A DNA stretch of 63,786 nt, filler included, from Octopus bimaculoides (taxonomy: Eukaryota), in assembly GCF_001194135.2 (NCBI RefSeq). It is 3 parts of 3 records of this genome, joined end to end, with 100 filler letters (N's around TTAATTAATTAA, not from the genome) between each part and the next. Parts side by side here need not be neighbours in the genome. Positions count along the whole stretch, not along the records: positions 1 to 30,784 come from NC_068982.1; 2 more parts are not named here. One strand, 5' to 3'. A model generated the notes under the pieces. The model saw only the letters and a list, made by a program, of their open reading frames with translations. It made no database searches and was not told where the DNA came from. A program made the position numbers and the translations under genes. This document shows, in pieces, positions 14,880-28,019 of the stretch. Within the stretch, counting starts at the first letter, position 1, and each line of letters begins with the position of its first letter.

Positions 14880-15225
14880 TTTGACATTCATCTGATGGCT
14901 TTCTCTATACTTTTGTAGAGTACAAATTTATGATTCTTAAACAGTACTATCGAAGTTTCGGCGAGTTAAGCCGTCGTTGAACTGCAGTGCTTTAAATGGG
15001 TGTGTGGGTTTGAATGGAGTGGCAATTTGGTTTTGGGGTGGGGTGCTATGGATCAAATTCTGAACCGAAATTCTGAACTAAAAAATCTTTAAAATATTAA
15101 AACACTTCAAACCAATAAATTTCTCTAACGGCTAAACATGTTAATATCGCAGCAACTTCCCTCCCTCCACCTACAACATAAAGTATCTCCGTAATATACG
15201 TGAAAAACACGTTTACATACGCCAT
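14880..15225 (-). pseudogene. Further RNF213-like remnant
   Basis: MAYVNVFFTY...AAILTCLAVREIYW resembles recalled LVMYMENF...AHILDCLSGIYY; position is colinear with the flanking remnants. Confidence 0.4.
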
Positions 15226-15291
15226 AGAAACCTGGAAACCGGGCCCATGAGCTTGGCTAGCCTTTAAAAAAGGGCGCAGAAATAAAAAAAA

Positions 15292-15491
15292 ATTGAAGGC
15301 TGTTAGTCCAATAAATTGATCTCAGCACTTATTATTTTTCAATTCTTCTATTGGTGCCTTTTGCCGAAATGCCAAGTTATAGGGATGTAGACAAACCAAC
15401 ACAAGTTTTCAAGCGGTGTAACAAAGACAAAGACTTACACACACTCTCTCTCTATCCTTCCCTCTGTCTCATCTCTCTCTCTCTCTCTCCC

Positions 15492-15565
<74 letters not shown>

Positions 15566-16597
15566 TCTCTCTCCCTCTCTCTCTCTCTCCCTCTTTCTCC
15601 CACACACACACACACGACTGGTTCCACACATAGGTTTTAAGGTTAGTTGTTATGGAGTGGTGTTTGGAGGAAATTTTGTCGCTTAAGTTTGGATATACGT
15701 TATTGTTGAGAATTTATTCATGTATGTAGAACTTTGTAAGTAAGTATGTATATTTAGGTGTTTACCTTTTGTTAGTTAGGCACAGTATGTGCTAGTAGTT
15801 TTAACTATTTTTAGTTATATTGGATTTAATCCTTTACTTTGACAATGTGAAGACCTACGTTACAAAGTTCAGTGTTCAAAACCTGAGTAACTGGGAGTGT
15901 CAACTTTGTTTTGTAATGGAAATTTTTAGTGGTTCATAAAAGAAGTAGGTGGTGTTTTATAGCTGGTCAGTTTCTTTACCAGTTGTTATTTAGAGTATTT
16001 CCTCTTTTTATTTGGAAGGCAGGGTTATTAGTGAGGCATGCCAGGTGTTGTAAGAATAGAAAATTGTTTATCTTGTTCACAAAAGGATTTGGGTAGATAT
16101 AAAAGTTGGTTTGTATGTTTCTTTGTAGGAGTTCATTGTTCTATAAACAATTTGGTCATATACAGAGATTTTAAGTTTTGTGTTTAATAGAGATAGAGTT
16201 TTGGTGGGTTATGTGCTTATAAATATTTCTTCATTTCTCTTTTAAACGTGAGTATTTTGCAATATACTATTTTAGGCCTGTGCATATATGCAAAGGATTA
16301 AATCCAATAATACTAAAACTACTAACACATGCTGTGCCTATCTAATAAAAGTAAGCACCTAAATATGCACGCTTACTTACAGATTTCTACATACAAGAAT
16401 AAATTCTAAACAATAACGTTTACCCAAATATAATCAACAAAAATTCCTCCAAAACACTACTCCATAACAAAGCACCTTAATCCTATGTGTGGAAGCAGTC
16501 ATGTGTGTGTGTGTGCGTGTGTGTGTGTGTGTGTGTGTGNNNNNNNNNNNNNNNNNNNNNNNNNNNNCGTGCGTGCGTGCGTGCATGTGTGTGTGTG

Positions 16598-16636
<39 letters not shown>

Positions 16637-16836
16637 CGTGTGCGTGCAAGAGAGAGAAAGAGTGTGTGTGCGTGAGGCTTTGTTTCTGTGTTTGTCATTC
16701 ACACCGTTTGAAAACTGATGGTTTTTTTCTGCATCACCATAATAAAGCAGTTCAGCAATAGGCACCGATAGAAGAATTAGAAGACTTGAAAAATCACAAG
16801 TACTGGGATAAATTTATTGGACTAACAGCCTTCAAT
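15292..16836. mobile_element. 1.5-kb foldback with ~545-bp inverted arms and a 456-bp spacer; probably a PLE inverted pseudo-LTR structure including a SINE fragment
   Basis: Arm 15292-15835 is the reverse complement of 16292-16836 across a SINE-tail block, a microsatellite and a ~230-bp block. That block translates MLCLSNKSKHLN...YKNKF, like a PLE GIY-YIG C-terminus. Inverted repeat certain, PLE origin moderate. Confidence 0.7.
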
Positions 16837-16885
16837 GCTGTTTCCTAGCAAGGCCACAGTCCAATGACAGAAACAAGTACAAGAT

Positions 16886-18417
16886 AAATATTTCAATAAA
16901 CTGTAAATAAACTACAAGTCGTGAAAGAGGACAATACCTAGTATTTATTTCTGCTACTGATTTTGGTTATTTTTCAAACAACCCACTGTAGAATTTTCGA
17001 AATGCGAGTTTTGAGAAAGTGTCGTTTTATATCCATTAATGACTGAAAATTTCCAAATAAAATAAGATAAAGTCGTGTGCTATCATCAATACTATTTGAC
17101 GTGTTTGTCCGAAAACAATGCTTTATTGTCTGTCATGTCGAAGATAACATACCCACAGCTAGCCACCACTGAAATAAATAATCATCAATTATTTGATGAC
17201 TAATTAACAATTAATTAGTTAGAAATTATGCATCCTAACAGGACATAACAACAGACAGGTAAACTAAGCCAATATGATTTAGTGTCATGACAAAAGTAGA
17301 GCACAATTCTGAAAGAATAATCGATCCTTTGATCGATAGGCTGCTTTGAGACTAGGTGTTACAACAATTGTACAAGCAGTCTGTAGAACTATTGTGGCCT
17401 TTATTTACGCCATTCTTTGCAGATTAAGGCGTTACGGCAAAATTTTATTATTCTTTTTCACTTTTACTAGTTTCGCCTTTTCAGATATGAATATGATAGG
17501 CTCCTCCATGAAAAAGAAGGACAAAGCCCGAACCGTGTATCTTTCCTTTGTCAGATGCCTCTATTTACTGATACATATTCTGGTAGTCTAATATACATAT
17601 TGTCTTCCAATGATGTCAGAATATTATACATCATATTTTTTCATTAAGTGTTTTTCCATTGTCTGCTCTTACTACATTCTGATTCAAATGAAAATAGTAT
17701 CTTATAGATAATTTTGAACCGCAAATAACAGTGGGAGTAGTTTCTTCTACACATGTGGCTCTGAGCACTTCGAATAAACGATAGTGGTTCCTTGCTTATT
17801 TAAGTGTTTCGTTTTCTACACATTAGAAAAAAAATACTGTATTCCATTGGAACTAAGAATTTATGTTTATATCTATGCATAAAAATATATCTCATTATGC
17901 AGATTAAAGTGCAAATAGAATAATTCGAAAAGTCATTACAGGTTTCACTGTTTTAAAAGGAATATGTATGAGTTAACTCAGTCTGAACTGTTTTATTGAA
18001 TCTGCTGCGTATTATTGCGCTGTAGAGTCTCATATATAAATTAATATATATAATATACCAAGAAGAAGTCATAATGAAAAGTAGGCGACATAAATATCTT
18101 TACATAAGTATTTGACTATCTCTTGGTTTTCTAGAGAACAATATCGAATGTTTTATAATGTAATCGCTACAATCTGGCATTTATGTCTATCAGCGCACTG
18201 ACTTTGATATGTCTCGCGTAGTAACGTATTACCTATTGTCTGGCGCTAGATGTTAAAGCAACAATACTTCTACATCTCATATATGAAGGAATTTTACCGA
18301 TTTCAGCTATTTTATTTCAATTAGGCTCTAATATCCTTAAGAAAGACATGAACGTCACAAAATTCCGGTATTCCTCTTATTGTAATCTGTGTTTATCTTC
18401 AAACTTGATTAAGTAGA
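16886..18417 (-). pseudogene. RNF213: RNF213-like remnant containing the best-matching motif
   Basis: CHDTKSYWLSLPVCCY (17245-17292) vs recalled human CMDTRTYTWLGALPVLHCC; NQEIVKYLCKDI ~ EKEVKRYLWQHL; DYLFQWWLAVGML (~17145-17186). Multiple stops. Confidence 0.6.
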
Positions 18418-18419
18418 TA

Positions 18420-19769
18420 CAAGCATGGGCTGAAAAGTTCATAGGCTGATTATGAAGAAATGACGCTAGAGCTGTGAAATCTTGCGTGCATCACTTTCAA
18501 CACTTCTTATTAATAGCTTTATTGTTGTTTTTTTTTCTAAGTAAGCTAACATCTGATTGTTCAAAGAAGACTTTAAAAATAACTATTAGCAACTTCTCTT
18601 GAAAATCGACAAAATTTGGCATTATAGTACCTGCAGAAAAAGGGATTAGCCCCCAAGGGCACTCATGCTAACATGGTTGCTACGTTTGGGGATGACACTC
18701 CAGCTTTATCAACAGTTCAAAAGTGGGAAGTGAATTCAGGTGGGGAAAGGACAGTCTTCAATAGAACACAAGGTTTGAACGCCCTGCAGCTGCTACTACC
18801 AAGCAAACCATTGATCGTGTTCACCCCATGGTGACGGTCTACAGGCGATTGACTATAAATCAAACAGCCAATGCTATTAGCATATCCCATGAAAGAGCTG
18901 AAAATATTCTGCTCCATAAACTTGGCTTCACGAAGATTTCTGCTCGGTGAGTGCCACGTCTTCTGACACTTGCTCAAAAGCGCACCAAGCTGATCACATC
19001 ATGGGAAAATTTGACATTAATTAATGCAGATCTAGCTAGTTTCTTTGAACGTTTCCTAAGCCAAGATGTGTTGGTTTCGCCAATTTGAGCCAGAGACAAA
19101 GAGACAATCCATGCAGTGGAAACACCCCTCCTTGCCTGCTCCCAAATAAGTCCCAGGTCATTTCATCGGTAGGGAAGCTGATGGCCTCAGTTTTGGAGGA
19201 TACAAAAGGCATTGTGTTTATTGATTTTCTTCAAAAGGCCACACCATCAATAGAGAGTATTATGCCAACTTGATGAGGCAGTTACGAAAAGCTGTCAAGA
19301 GCAAACACCCAGGAAAAATGACGAAACGGGTTTTATTTCATCAGGACAATGCTCCAGCACACTCGTCCTTAGTTTCAATGACTGCCGAGCGTAACTCTGG
19401 CTTTGAACTGGTTGATTACCGTTTCTATTCTCCTGATTCCGCCCCATTTGACTATCATCTGTTCCCCAACATGAAAAAACATTTGCTTAGGAATCCGTAT
19501 CGCAGTGATGACAACTTCATATCTGCTGCTGATGACAACTTCATATCTGCTGCTGATGACAACTTCATATCTGCTGCTGATGACAACTTCATATCTGACT
19601 TTCTTGACCAACATGAGGAAAGCTTCTTCACTAATGGAATCTAAGCACGGCACTACTGATGGAAGAAATATGTGAACCGCACAGGGTACTATTATGAAAA
19701 ATAAACCTCATTTGGTCACATTCCATGACAGTATCTTGGTCAGCTTATAAACCTTTCAGCCGACCTCCG
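18420..19769 (+). mobile_element. Full-length (1350 bp) decayed mariner, D34D type, with both TIRs and TA target duplication
   Basis: TIRs TACAAGCATGGGCTGAAAAGTTCATAGGCTGA and (rc) TACGGAGGTCGGCTGAAAGGTTTATAAGCTGA; TA at 18418-18419 and 19770-19771; HQDNAPAH and YSPDSAPFDYHLFPNMKKHL motifs; transposase frameshifted. Confidence 0.92.
19507..19596 (+). repeat. Perfect 24-bp tandem repeat (3.75 copies) inside the mariner transposase
   Basis: GATGACAACTTCATATCTGCTGCT units start at 19507, 19531 and 19555, with a partial unit at 19579; encodes DDNFISAA in frame. Confidence 0.97.
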
Positions 19770-19771
19770 TA

Positions 19772-22010
19772 TATGATCATAAACGTTCCAGCTCTGGCTA
19801 TCTCATCTTTTAATCGTGACTACACTATCCAACAAAATGTCTTTTTATTAGAAAGTATGTTACTATTTTTAGCATGCCAAATTTCTGATAGATGCCTCAT
19901 CATTTTCTTTCCAATAACTCTGTTGTTTGACAGAACATATCCGAATCCACGCTTAAGTTATGAATTTCTAGATTGCAGTGAACCCTAATATTATTGGTTC
20001 TCATAAAAAGTTTAAGCAGTAATACGGATTGGTAATGTCAATAGTCATTGTCAAATCACAGCACTTCATTTTTATCTATTGGATAACAACATTTATCCCA
20101 GCATCTTTCGTGTCTAGATTCCTGTATAAAATCAGTAACCAAAGATTATTGTCTTTTAGTTCAACAAATATTGTTAAAACGCAGCTTTATATTGCCTACA
20201 ACAATGTAGTTAACCTCATTTTTCCACTGTACATCTGAATTAGTCTTTAAAACTAAATAAGACAAATCCCTTTAATAACGCATAAACAGAAACTGTGGTT
20301 AATGTCTCTAGACGCCGTTTTATCAACTGACGAATAACCTTGTAACTTCTTTACTAGTCTGTCCTGGCAGCCTTAATAGTGGGCGCTAGATTTTGAAAGA
20401 CCTTCTCGACGACTTAATTTCATCTGAGCTATTCAAAGTCGACATAGATATTTGGCGACATTCACGAGCCATGTTTTCCAAATTCGACTCTCTCACCACC
20501 CCTTATTCTAAAACTGTGAAAATATCACAAAAGAAGCGTATTAATCAATAATTTGAACTACTCTTTCTTTTCTCAACTAGCATTCTTGAGTTCGATTCAC
20601 ATTTAACCTTATCTATTAAACCCACTAATTCCAGTTAACATACAAACCTGAAATAATATTCCTCGCTACATCACATAACACTATCTGTATCTAATGTTTA
20701 TCTATATCTAATGTTTTCTATCTATATCTAATGCCTACTGTCCAATTCCGACTTCTTTCTAAAAGGAGGTGTCTGCGCTTCAGTAAACATTAGCTTACCT
20801 CAGTTACCTCACCTTCCTCACCTAAATACCAGCAAGAAAAAATCCAATTAATCAAATTCAGAGTCTCTAAGCCTACACCTCTAAGTTACTCTTTCCTTCT
20901 ACAGATTTCTAAACTTATCTAATCATCACTATCTGTTATGCGTGTATTTCTCTTTCTGCATTTGGAACATCTAGAGTACCTAACTTTTTTTTCTGAAGGC
21001 ATTCTCTAAAACGATGTACACGGCTTCTCTTAAACGTTGCATTCGTCTTTCACTGACAATACTGAGTGCAAAGTTACGGAAGCTTACTTTTCTGACCTGT
21101 CTACACTTGATAGAATGTTGGTCTATTCGACACACCAAATTATCGAACAGACTTTAACTTTCTCTATCTCCAAGCTCAGCCAAACAAGTCGATTAACTGG
21201 TTTGAACTCTACCAAATTTATGCCGACTACCCCGACCACAGTTGTAATCTCCTTCTAATTTCTTCCCGGCTTTTACCAACCCCGTCTATCTAGCTTCATT
21301 ACTTTACATTAGTTATACGGTTCACATAAACAAAACGCTTAAAATTGTTTACATGTAGCAGTGAAGGCAAATTAAAAGGAAGAATATTGCTGAAGAACAT
21401 TTGGAGAAAGTCACACACCATGGCGCTCGCCAGACAACCAACAGAAAATCAAATATAAAGGCAAGCGAAAAATATAAGTTCAATTTTTTCAGTAACCAGA
21501 TTTCAGCCATGCATTAAAGTTCCATAGTAAGAAAGTCTCTTCTACCACTTCAGACGCTTTCTATCTATTATTTAACAACCCAGATATCACTGCAAGTAGC
21601 ATTACTACTTTAAAGACTACATCACTTACTGGCCATATTACTTCCAATCCGATTTTGCAGATAACCAACAAAACATTTTCCAAATTTTTCTTCCTCACTC
21701 AAATCATCATCTGAAGAAACTTCCTCGATTATTCCATCCCAATAATGCTGCCGAATACAAGCGCCATCTACTTGCAAGTGAACACTATGCATCCGGCCTC
21801 CACTGCTATGATGAGCACATATCTCAGTGATATACCCAAATGAGAGACATGAGACTTATTCTCCTTCAACAATATAAAATAAAGAATTTCTCTACATAAA
21901 GAGTCTTGTACAACTACAACAACTAAACCTCAAAATCTCTTACAATATCTGATATCGACCTCAATTACAAAACCTTACTAAAGTTGCCTCCTAAAAACTA
22001 GGCTTTCTCC
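19772..22010 (-). pseudogene. Probable upstream part of the RNF213-like remnant
   Basis: Coding-like minus-strand frames with stops. WHAKNSNIL...KDEIARAGTFM (19775-19885) loosely matches recalled WHQYYDIV...KDLVKGKQIAAALM. Sequence above ~20500 is coding-like but unassigned. Confidence 0.4.
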
Positions 22011-22649
22011 CCTAGGTTATTTCAAATTCAAATTCATACAGTAATGCTCACATGTGTGACAATGTGTTGGTGCAAGGCGCACACACACACACACACACAC
22101 ACACAATCATCTTAGGCACAGTTCAGCGAAATATCATTAGGTACAGTGATAAAAACTTTCAGGAAAATATTTCACAATTATTAACACACAGATGCAGTGT
22201 TTCTTCTTTCTGCATCTACTGCAACTGCATCTATCTGTTGGTATAGTTACTATTATAAATGTAGTATTATATTGTCTACATAAGAATGATTTATTAGGTT
22301 CTTTTAAACAATAACCTATCTAAAGATTTCTTAATAGGATTAAAATTATTTCTTTTCACTTATGCTTTTGATACTTGTCGAAATGTTATGGAGGGTAGAG
22401 ATATAGAAAAAGAAAGAAAAAGAAAGAAAACAAAAGAGAATAAGAAATGGTGATGATGGATTATCTTTTCTGGGTATACTTTTAAAATTATCATTAAAAG
22501 ATTCGGTAGGCAAAAGGCCAGAGATAAAATTCAGTGCAGTTGGCGGAGGAATGCATTTAAAAGTATCGAAGAATTAGATAGTTCCTAGGTAGTCGAAGGT
22601 TTTTTGGAGGGTCTCTTTGTTGGTAAAATAAAATGAGTTGGAATAAAAG

Positions 22650-23400
22650 TTATGCGAGGTGATATACGATAGATGTGGGTCAATTTAGTAAACTCTGCTC
22701 ATCCTATACTTGGAAGCATGTCTGCAGCAACTCAAGAGTCCTGATCTCTGGTTTAAGACATTTTTCACCTAGAAGAGTCTGAAAAATTTCTCACTCAGGT
22801 ATAAATTACACCTCATTGAACCTCTGTGCACTCATTGTCTGTATGGAGCTGCTTTTTCTAGAAACGACCAGTAAATTTTGAAAGAAGATTCTCCATCATT
22901 TAACTGCCATATATATATGTCCAGGCCCGTTACAGTTCTATTCTGCGGATATTTTAAGGAATTTCTGTGGGAATAGTCTGATTTTGAAGGAATTTAAAGT
23001 AGCACCTGTGTATGTCTTATATGCATCTGTATTGTCCATCTGGAAAATAGGTTCTATAGACAATTACTTTCACCAGACAATTTCCTTCTCAGGGATAGCA
23101 ACTTTGGTCTTTGCCGTTGCATCTAGTTTCGTTATTTATTTCGGTATCGTTGGCTTTACTAATGGCCTTTGCGTTATGTTGGTTGATTAAAGAGGCGAAG
23201 TTCTTATAACAGTAGCTGACCTATAGTATTTGTGATTTACGTGGAAACTTGAAAGTATTTGGAAACTAGTCTTAAGAATTCTTTACCTTTATTAGTTTCT
23301 TTTTAAACCACAAAACTTCCCTGGTTCTTGTCCTGCGTGGTCTATTAAGGGTATTTTTGTTATGGCTATACTGGATCTTCTCTTAGAATCCACTGTTTCT
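22650..23400 (-). mobile_element. Penelope-like element remnant (RT C-terminus, Cys linker, GIY-YIG endonuclease)
   Basis: REVLWF...TNKGKEFLRLVSKYF; RCNGKDQSCYP*EGNCLVKVIVYR; YTGATLNSFKIR; IYIWQL; RCNLYLSEKFF; LNQRSGLLSCCRHASKY. Confidence 0.85.
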
Positions 23401-23467
23401 TAATACGTCATACATATATGAAGGTGTGTGTACTTAATATATGTGTTTGTATGTATAAGTATATATA

Positions 23468-23613
23468 GGGGGAGAATTCACAAAAAACAAAAGACGAAGA
23501 CAGGTGATGTAGACAACAAACAGATGTATTAGTTTAACGCTCAGGAAGTGAAAAAGTCTTTAACGTTTCGAGCCCCTACGCTCTTCCACAAAAAGGAACG
23601 CAGAAAGAATAAG
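23468..23613 (-). mobile_element. Short repeat with hammerhead-like motif (copy 2, motif 23558-23595)
   Basis: Reverse complement matches 8200-8340. Confidence 0.75.
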
Positions 23614-23668
<55 letters not shown>

Positions 23669-24721
23669 GCGTGCGCACGTGTGTGTGTGTTTGTGTGTGT
23701 ATGTATATGCATATATATGTTTATATGCGTGTGTACTTGCATGTGTGTGTATGTGCTTACGTGCATGTGGATGTATATATTTTGCGTGCATATATATAGT
23801 TATAGATTTATATGTTTTTTTATGCATAACACAAACTCGTTATTGACTTTTAAACCTAGGAAATTCTTCAATCCATGGGTTTTAAACTTATAAAACAAAC
23901 TTACGCCTCTATTAATTATTTATTTATCATCAATTAATCTCTTCTGGACATGTATTACTCCTTTCTTCACTCAAGTTTTTTTTTTTCGATATTATACAAT
24001 ACGATATATTCATATTTGAGCCTTACCCAGGGTGCCGTACAGTGAGACTAAATCCATAGCTAAGTCGTTGCAAAGCGAGCTTCCTTAACCGTATAACTAT
24101 GGCAGCACCATTATATACAAATATTGAATGGCCACGGCTGGAATAACTTGTTCAGAGCTCCTCTAGATCAGGATGAACCTCTGGCTATACAAGAACGACA
24201 GTAAGAAACATTCTGTATTATTATGCGCTTGAACATGAAATCACTGCAAGTGAGAGGTTTCACCAATTTCAATCAACTAAAATACTTGATCTAGTAAAAA
24301 TATATTAGTATTGCTTGATTACTAGCACAACATTTTTTCTGTTTCATAGTTATTGGAAATACATGAAATTATAAGGAATTGAAGAAACAGCAACTCTCTT
24401 ACAATATGATTTATAAACAGAAATTCCACGGAAACAACGGATTTGAAACAAACCCTGTTTTTATCTTCCTTCCACTCCTAGTCTTCTTTCTTTCCCTCTC
24501 ACTGTATACATGTACTTCTTCGATGCAGTGAACATGTAGGTGTGTGTTGAATGTGTGTATGATATTGCATAAAATTTATTCTCAATGCGTGTGCCTATGT
24601 TTTTAGACGCGTGCATGTATGTGCATGTGTTTGTATGGTATTGAACAAACCTTATATATTTTGAGTGCGTATGCTTACCTGCGTGTGGTGTGTTCATGTA
24701 ATTGTGTGTGTGTGTGCGTGC

Positions 24722-24782
<61 letters not shown>

Positions 24783-25924
24783 TGTTAGTATAAGGTTTCA
24801 AATTTATAAAGAAGGAAATGGTAGTATAGATGATCGAATCCAATGGATTTTTAATAAATTTTATATAATGTATATCGACGTCAGGAATGTAAAAAGGAAA
24901 AAACAGAAAAGTTCCTATTGGATATGAGCCCGGAAATTAAAAGGATCTCACCGTGTTGCAATGTCATTTTCTGGAGCTTTCAAACGAATTTGTCATCTTT
25001 AAACGCATTCTTGTATTATTTTTTGATAGTCAGAAGAATACAAATTACATGACAGTGAATACAATTCGATCCATTGCAGTACTTGACTTGTAGCTATTTT
25101 ATAGAACCCAGAAGAAAGAAGGTTATTGTCAACCCACGAAATGTAAAAGTAACTAAATGCCATGAATTACGTTTGCTATCTTCTACTCTTGTAATAATAT
25201 TGATTATTTCTTAGTCACAAGCCCACAAATTAAAGAATAGGGCTGTAATCGATAAAATCAACCTCATTTGAGCCCGAGTCTTCAAAACCAACAACAACCT
25301 CCCCTTCTTCATTTCCTTCTTGCTATCTCTTTCTCTCTTCTCACTTTCTTTTTTTCTTGCTGTCTCTTTCCCTGTCTGTCTAGTTCTCTCGTTCTCTGTC
25401 TTTCCTTTTTCTTACTTTTACTCTCATTGCTTGTCTCTCTTCTCTCTCTTTTCCTCACCCCACATATCAAGCCTATTTTACAGCTATCGGCGATCAAGGA
25501 TCACCTTTTCTAAGTCTGAAGATTCATGAGTTTTTCTTGGAAAAGAAGCAGCAGTGATGGCCTATTGTCTGTACTAGAAAAAATGACTCAATAAAATTTT
25601 ACTCTGCTAGCCTCTTGCACTCCCGAGCTTACTATTTAATGCTCGGGCAGGACGTCTGATTCATGTGATATCGGGGTATATCCACTTTCAGTGATGGGCT
25701 TGTATGACACATGTCTAGGGAACATTTCTCTTTTCAGTGTTGTATACCTTAACTATATGATCATTGTTTGTTATTTGACCTATAACTGGAGTTCTTTCCA
25801 GGTACCACCACGCCAGGCTAGAGTAATCCTGGAAAAAGTGGTGACTAAGGGATAAATCCCTAGTCCCTAAAACTCCTAACTTTCTGAGATGCAGTTTAAT
25901 ATCTGGCACAAGACATCAATAATA

Positions 25925-26165
25925 ATGGTTTTAAATTTTAGCACAAAGCCAGCAATTTCGGAGGAAGGACTAAGTCGATGAGATCGACCCCAGTGCTCAG
26001 CTAATGCTCACTTTATCGACCGTGAACGGATGAAGGACAAAGTCAGCTACGATGAAATTTGAACTCAGAAAGTAACGACGGATGAAATTCCGCTAAGAAT
26101 TTTTCCCGGCATGCTAACGATTCTGCAAGCTCACCGCCTTAAAGACCTCAAGAATAATAATAATA

Positions 26166-26198
<33 letters not shown>

Positions 26199-26580
26199 CA
26201 TTTCTATTATAATCACAAGACCTGAAATTTAGGGGAGGGGATAGTCGGTTTCATTGACCCTAGTACACAACTGGTACTTATTTTACCTCAGCAGAATTTG
26301 AACTCAGAACATAAAGATGGATGAAATGCTGCAATGCATTTTTCCCGACGTGCTAACTATTCTGCCAGCTAACCGCTTTAAAGACCTCAATATAAACAGC
26401 AGCAATAATAATAATAATAATAATTACAAGGCCTCAAATTTAATATTGTCAATTTAACTGGTAACAGTACCTTACTGGTACATTATTTTATCAACCTTCG
26501 TAGAATTTGAACTTAAAACATAAAGGAGAGTAACTAAATACTGCAATGCTTTTTGTCCGAAGCTGTAACAAACATGCTTC
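25925..26580 (-). mobile_element. Three tandem copies of the tRNA-derived SINE separated by AAT-rich spacers
   Basis: The ...AATTTGAACT.A.AA...GCTAAC.ATTCTGC.AGCT block recurs at ~26060, ~26295 and, more degenerate, ~26505. Confidence 0.75.
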
Positions 26581-26964
26581 CGCCCTGAGGTCATTTGAAA
26601 AAAATAATAATTGGAAACTATAAATATGAATGGTCAGTGAGAAATGTTATTCATTGAACCTGGTTCAATGGAAGCAAGAATCCTGAAATAAATATTCATT
26701 GCATTATATCGAACTACAACAATTTGGTTTACCTTTAAGAATACACTGCATGTGTCTATGGATGTGTGTGTGTATGTATGTATTCAAACTATGAACAACA
26801 CAAGAAAACGTTATCTATTGGAATGCCGTAAGGATCAGATAAAATTTAAACATTTGAACGCATATCTTGATATGTGTATGCGTGTGTGTGCAGGTTATGT
26901 GGGTGGTATGTACATATAAACATATAACAGCATGTGTCTATGGATGTGTGCGTATGTATGTATG

Positions 26965-27010
<46 letters not shown>

Positions 27011-28019
27011 TGCAGATTATGGTACAAAAGTATAAAAAGTGCTTATATACACCTGTGTTAAATGTGTATGGAAACCTGAAAAATATTTGTGAAGAACTTT
27101 TCCCATTAACACAGCATATAAAAAACACAAACTCACAAATATACATATATACTACATATATATATTCATACATACAAATACAATACATATATACATACAG
27201 ACAGACATACAGACATATTTATAAATATATGTGTACGTTAGTTACATGATATATCTCGTTTGCGATAATGGGCTGAAGATTCATATATCAATGATCAAAC
27301 GACTTACAATAGTTCGTAAAATATCAGTAAAAAAAATTACGCTTGTTTCCAGTGTTGTATAAAGTATTCAAAAGTCGGAGGAGTATAATTTATTAGGTAT
27401 ATTTTGAGTTGTGATTTCTCTCGCTTGGGTATATGTAAGAGAAGTTGCCTATCTTAAAAACAATGCAGTTATAGAACTTAAAATTTGTAACAAAAGACAA
27501 CAAAGAACAGACAAATGAGCATTGGTACAGAAAGCTATATAAGGTAACAGAGTATATTATTATAAAGTTTTGTGAGATCAGGTGTGTTTATTAGTGGGTT
27601 AGTGGAAAGAAGCGTGAGTAAAAGTTCAAGAAGTTCTCATTTACAAAGGCTTGAGTTTAATGCAGTTGCATGGCATTTTCCGTAAGTGTCTCTTGTTCGA
27701 ATGGTTTGATTCAAGTCGACCTAAGTCTTGTGAGTGAAATTAGGTAGACAGAAACTGCATGGAAGCCTGTTAGATTGTATCTCTAAATTAAAGGTTCAGC
27801 TTTGTCACACAGTGCATCTAACTGATCCTGCTTGAGAAGTACGACAACGGTACAGAGGTTTGTTAAATGTTCAACTACTTACGTGCTAATTGAATAAGCA
27901 TGAAGTTCAGTTAATCGAACTGAATCCTCAAAAACAAAAGTAAGTAAAAATGTAAATGTAAATAGAGAATGCAGCTGTTCCTAGTAAGTTGTTATGCATT
28001 GATTCGGTGAGTTAGGTGT

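Noticed and set aside
19507-19596. Regular direct repeats as a possible CRISPR array
   Set aside because: No spacers, lies in frame within a eukaryotic transposase, and no cas genes.
25715-25909. ORF with IGQIT as a possible GIY-YIG fragment
   Set aside because: Only one weak motif; the flanking PLE landmarks are absent.
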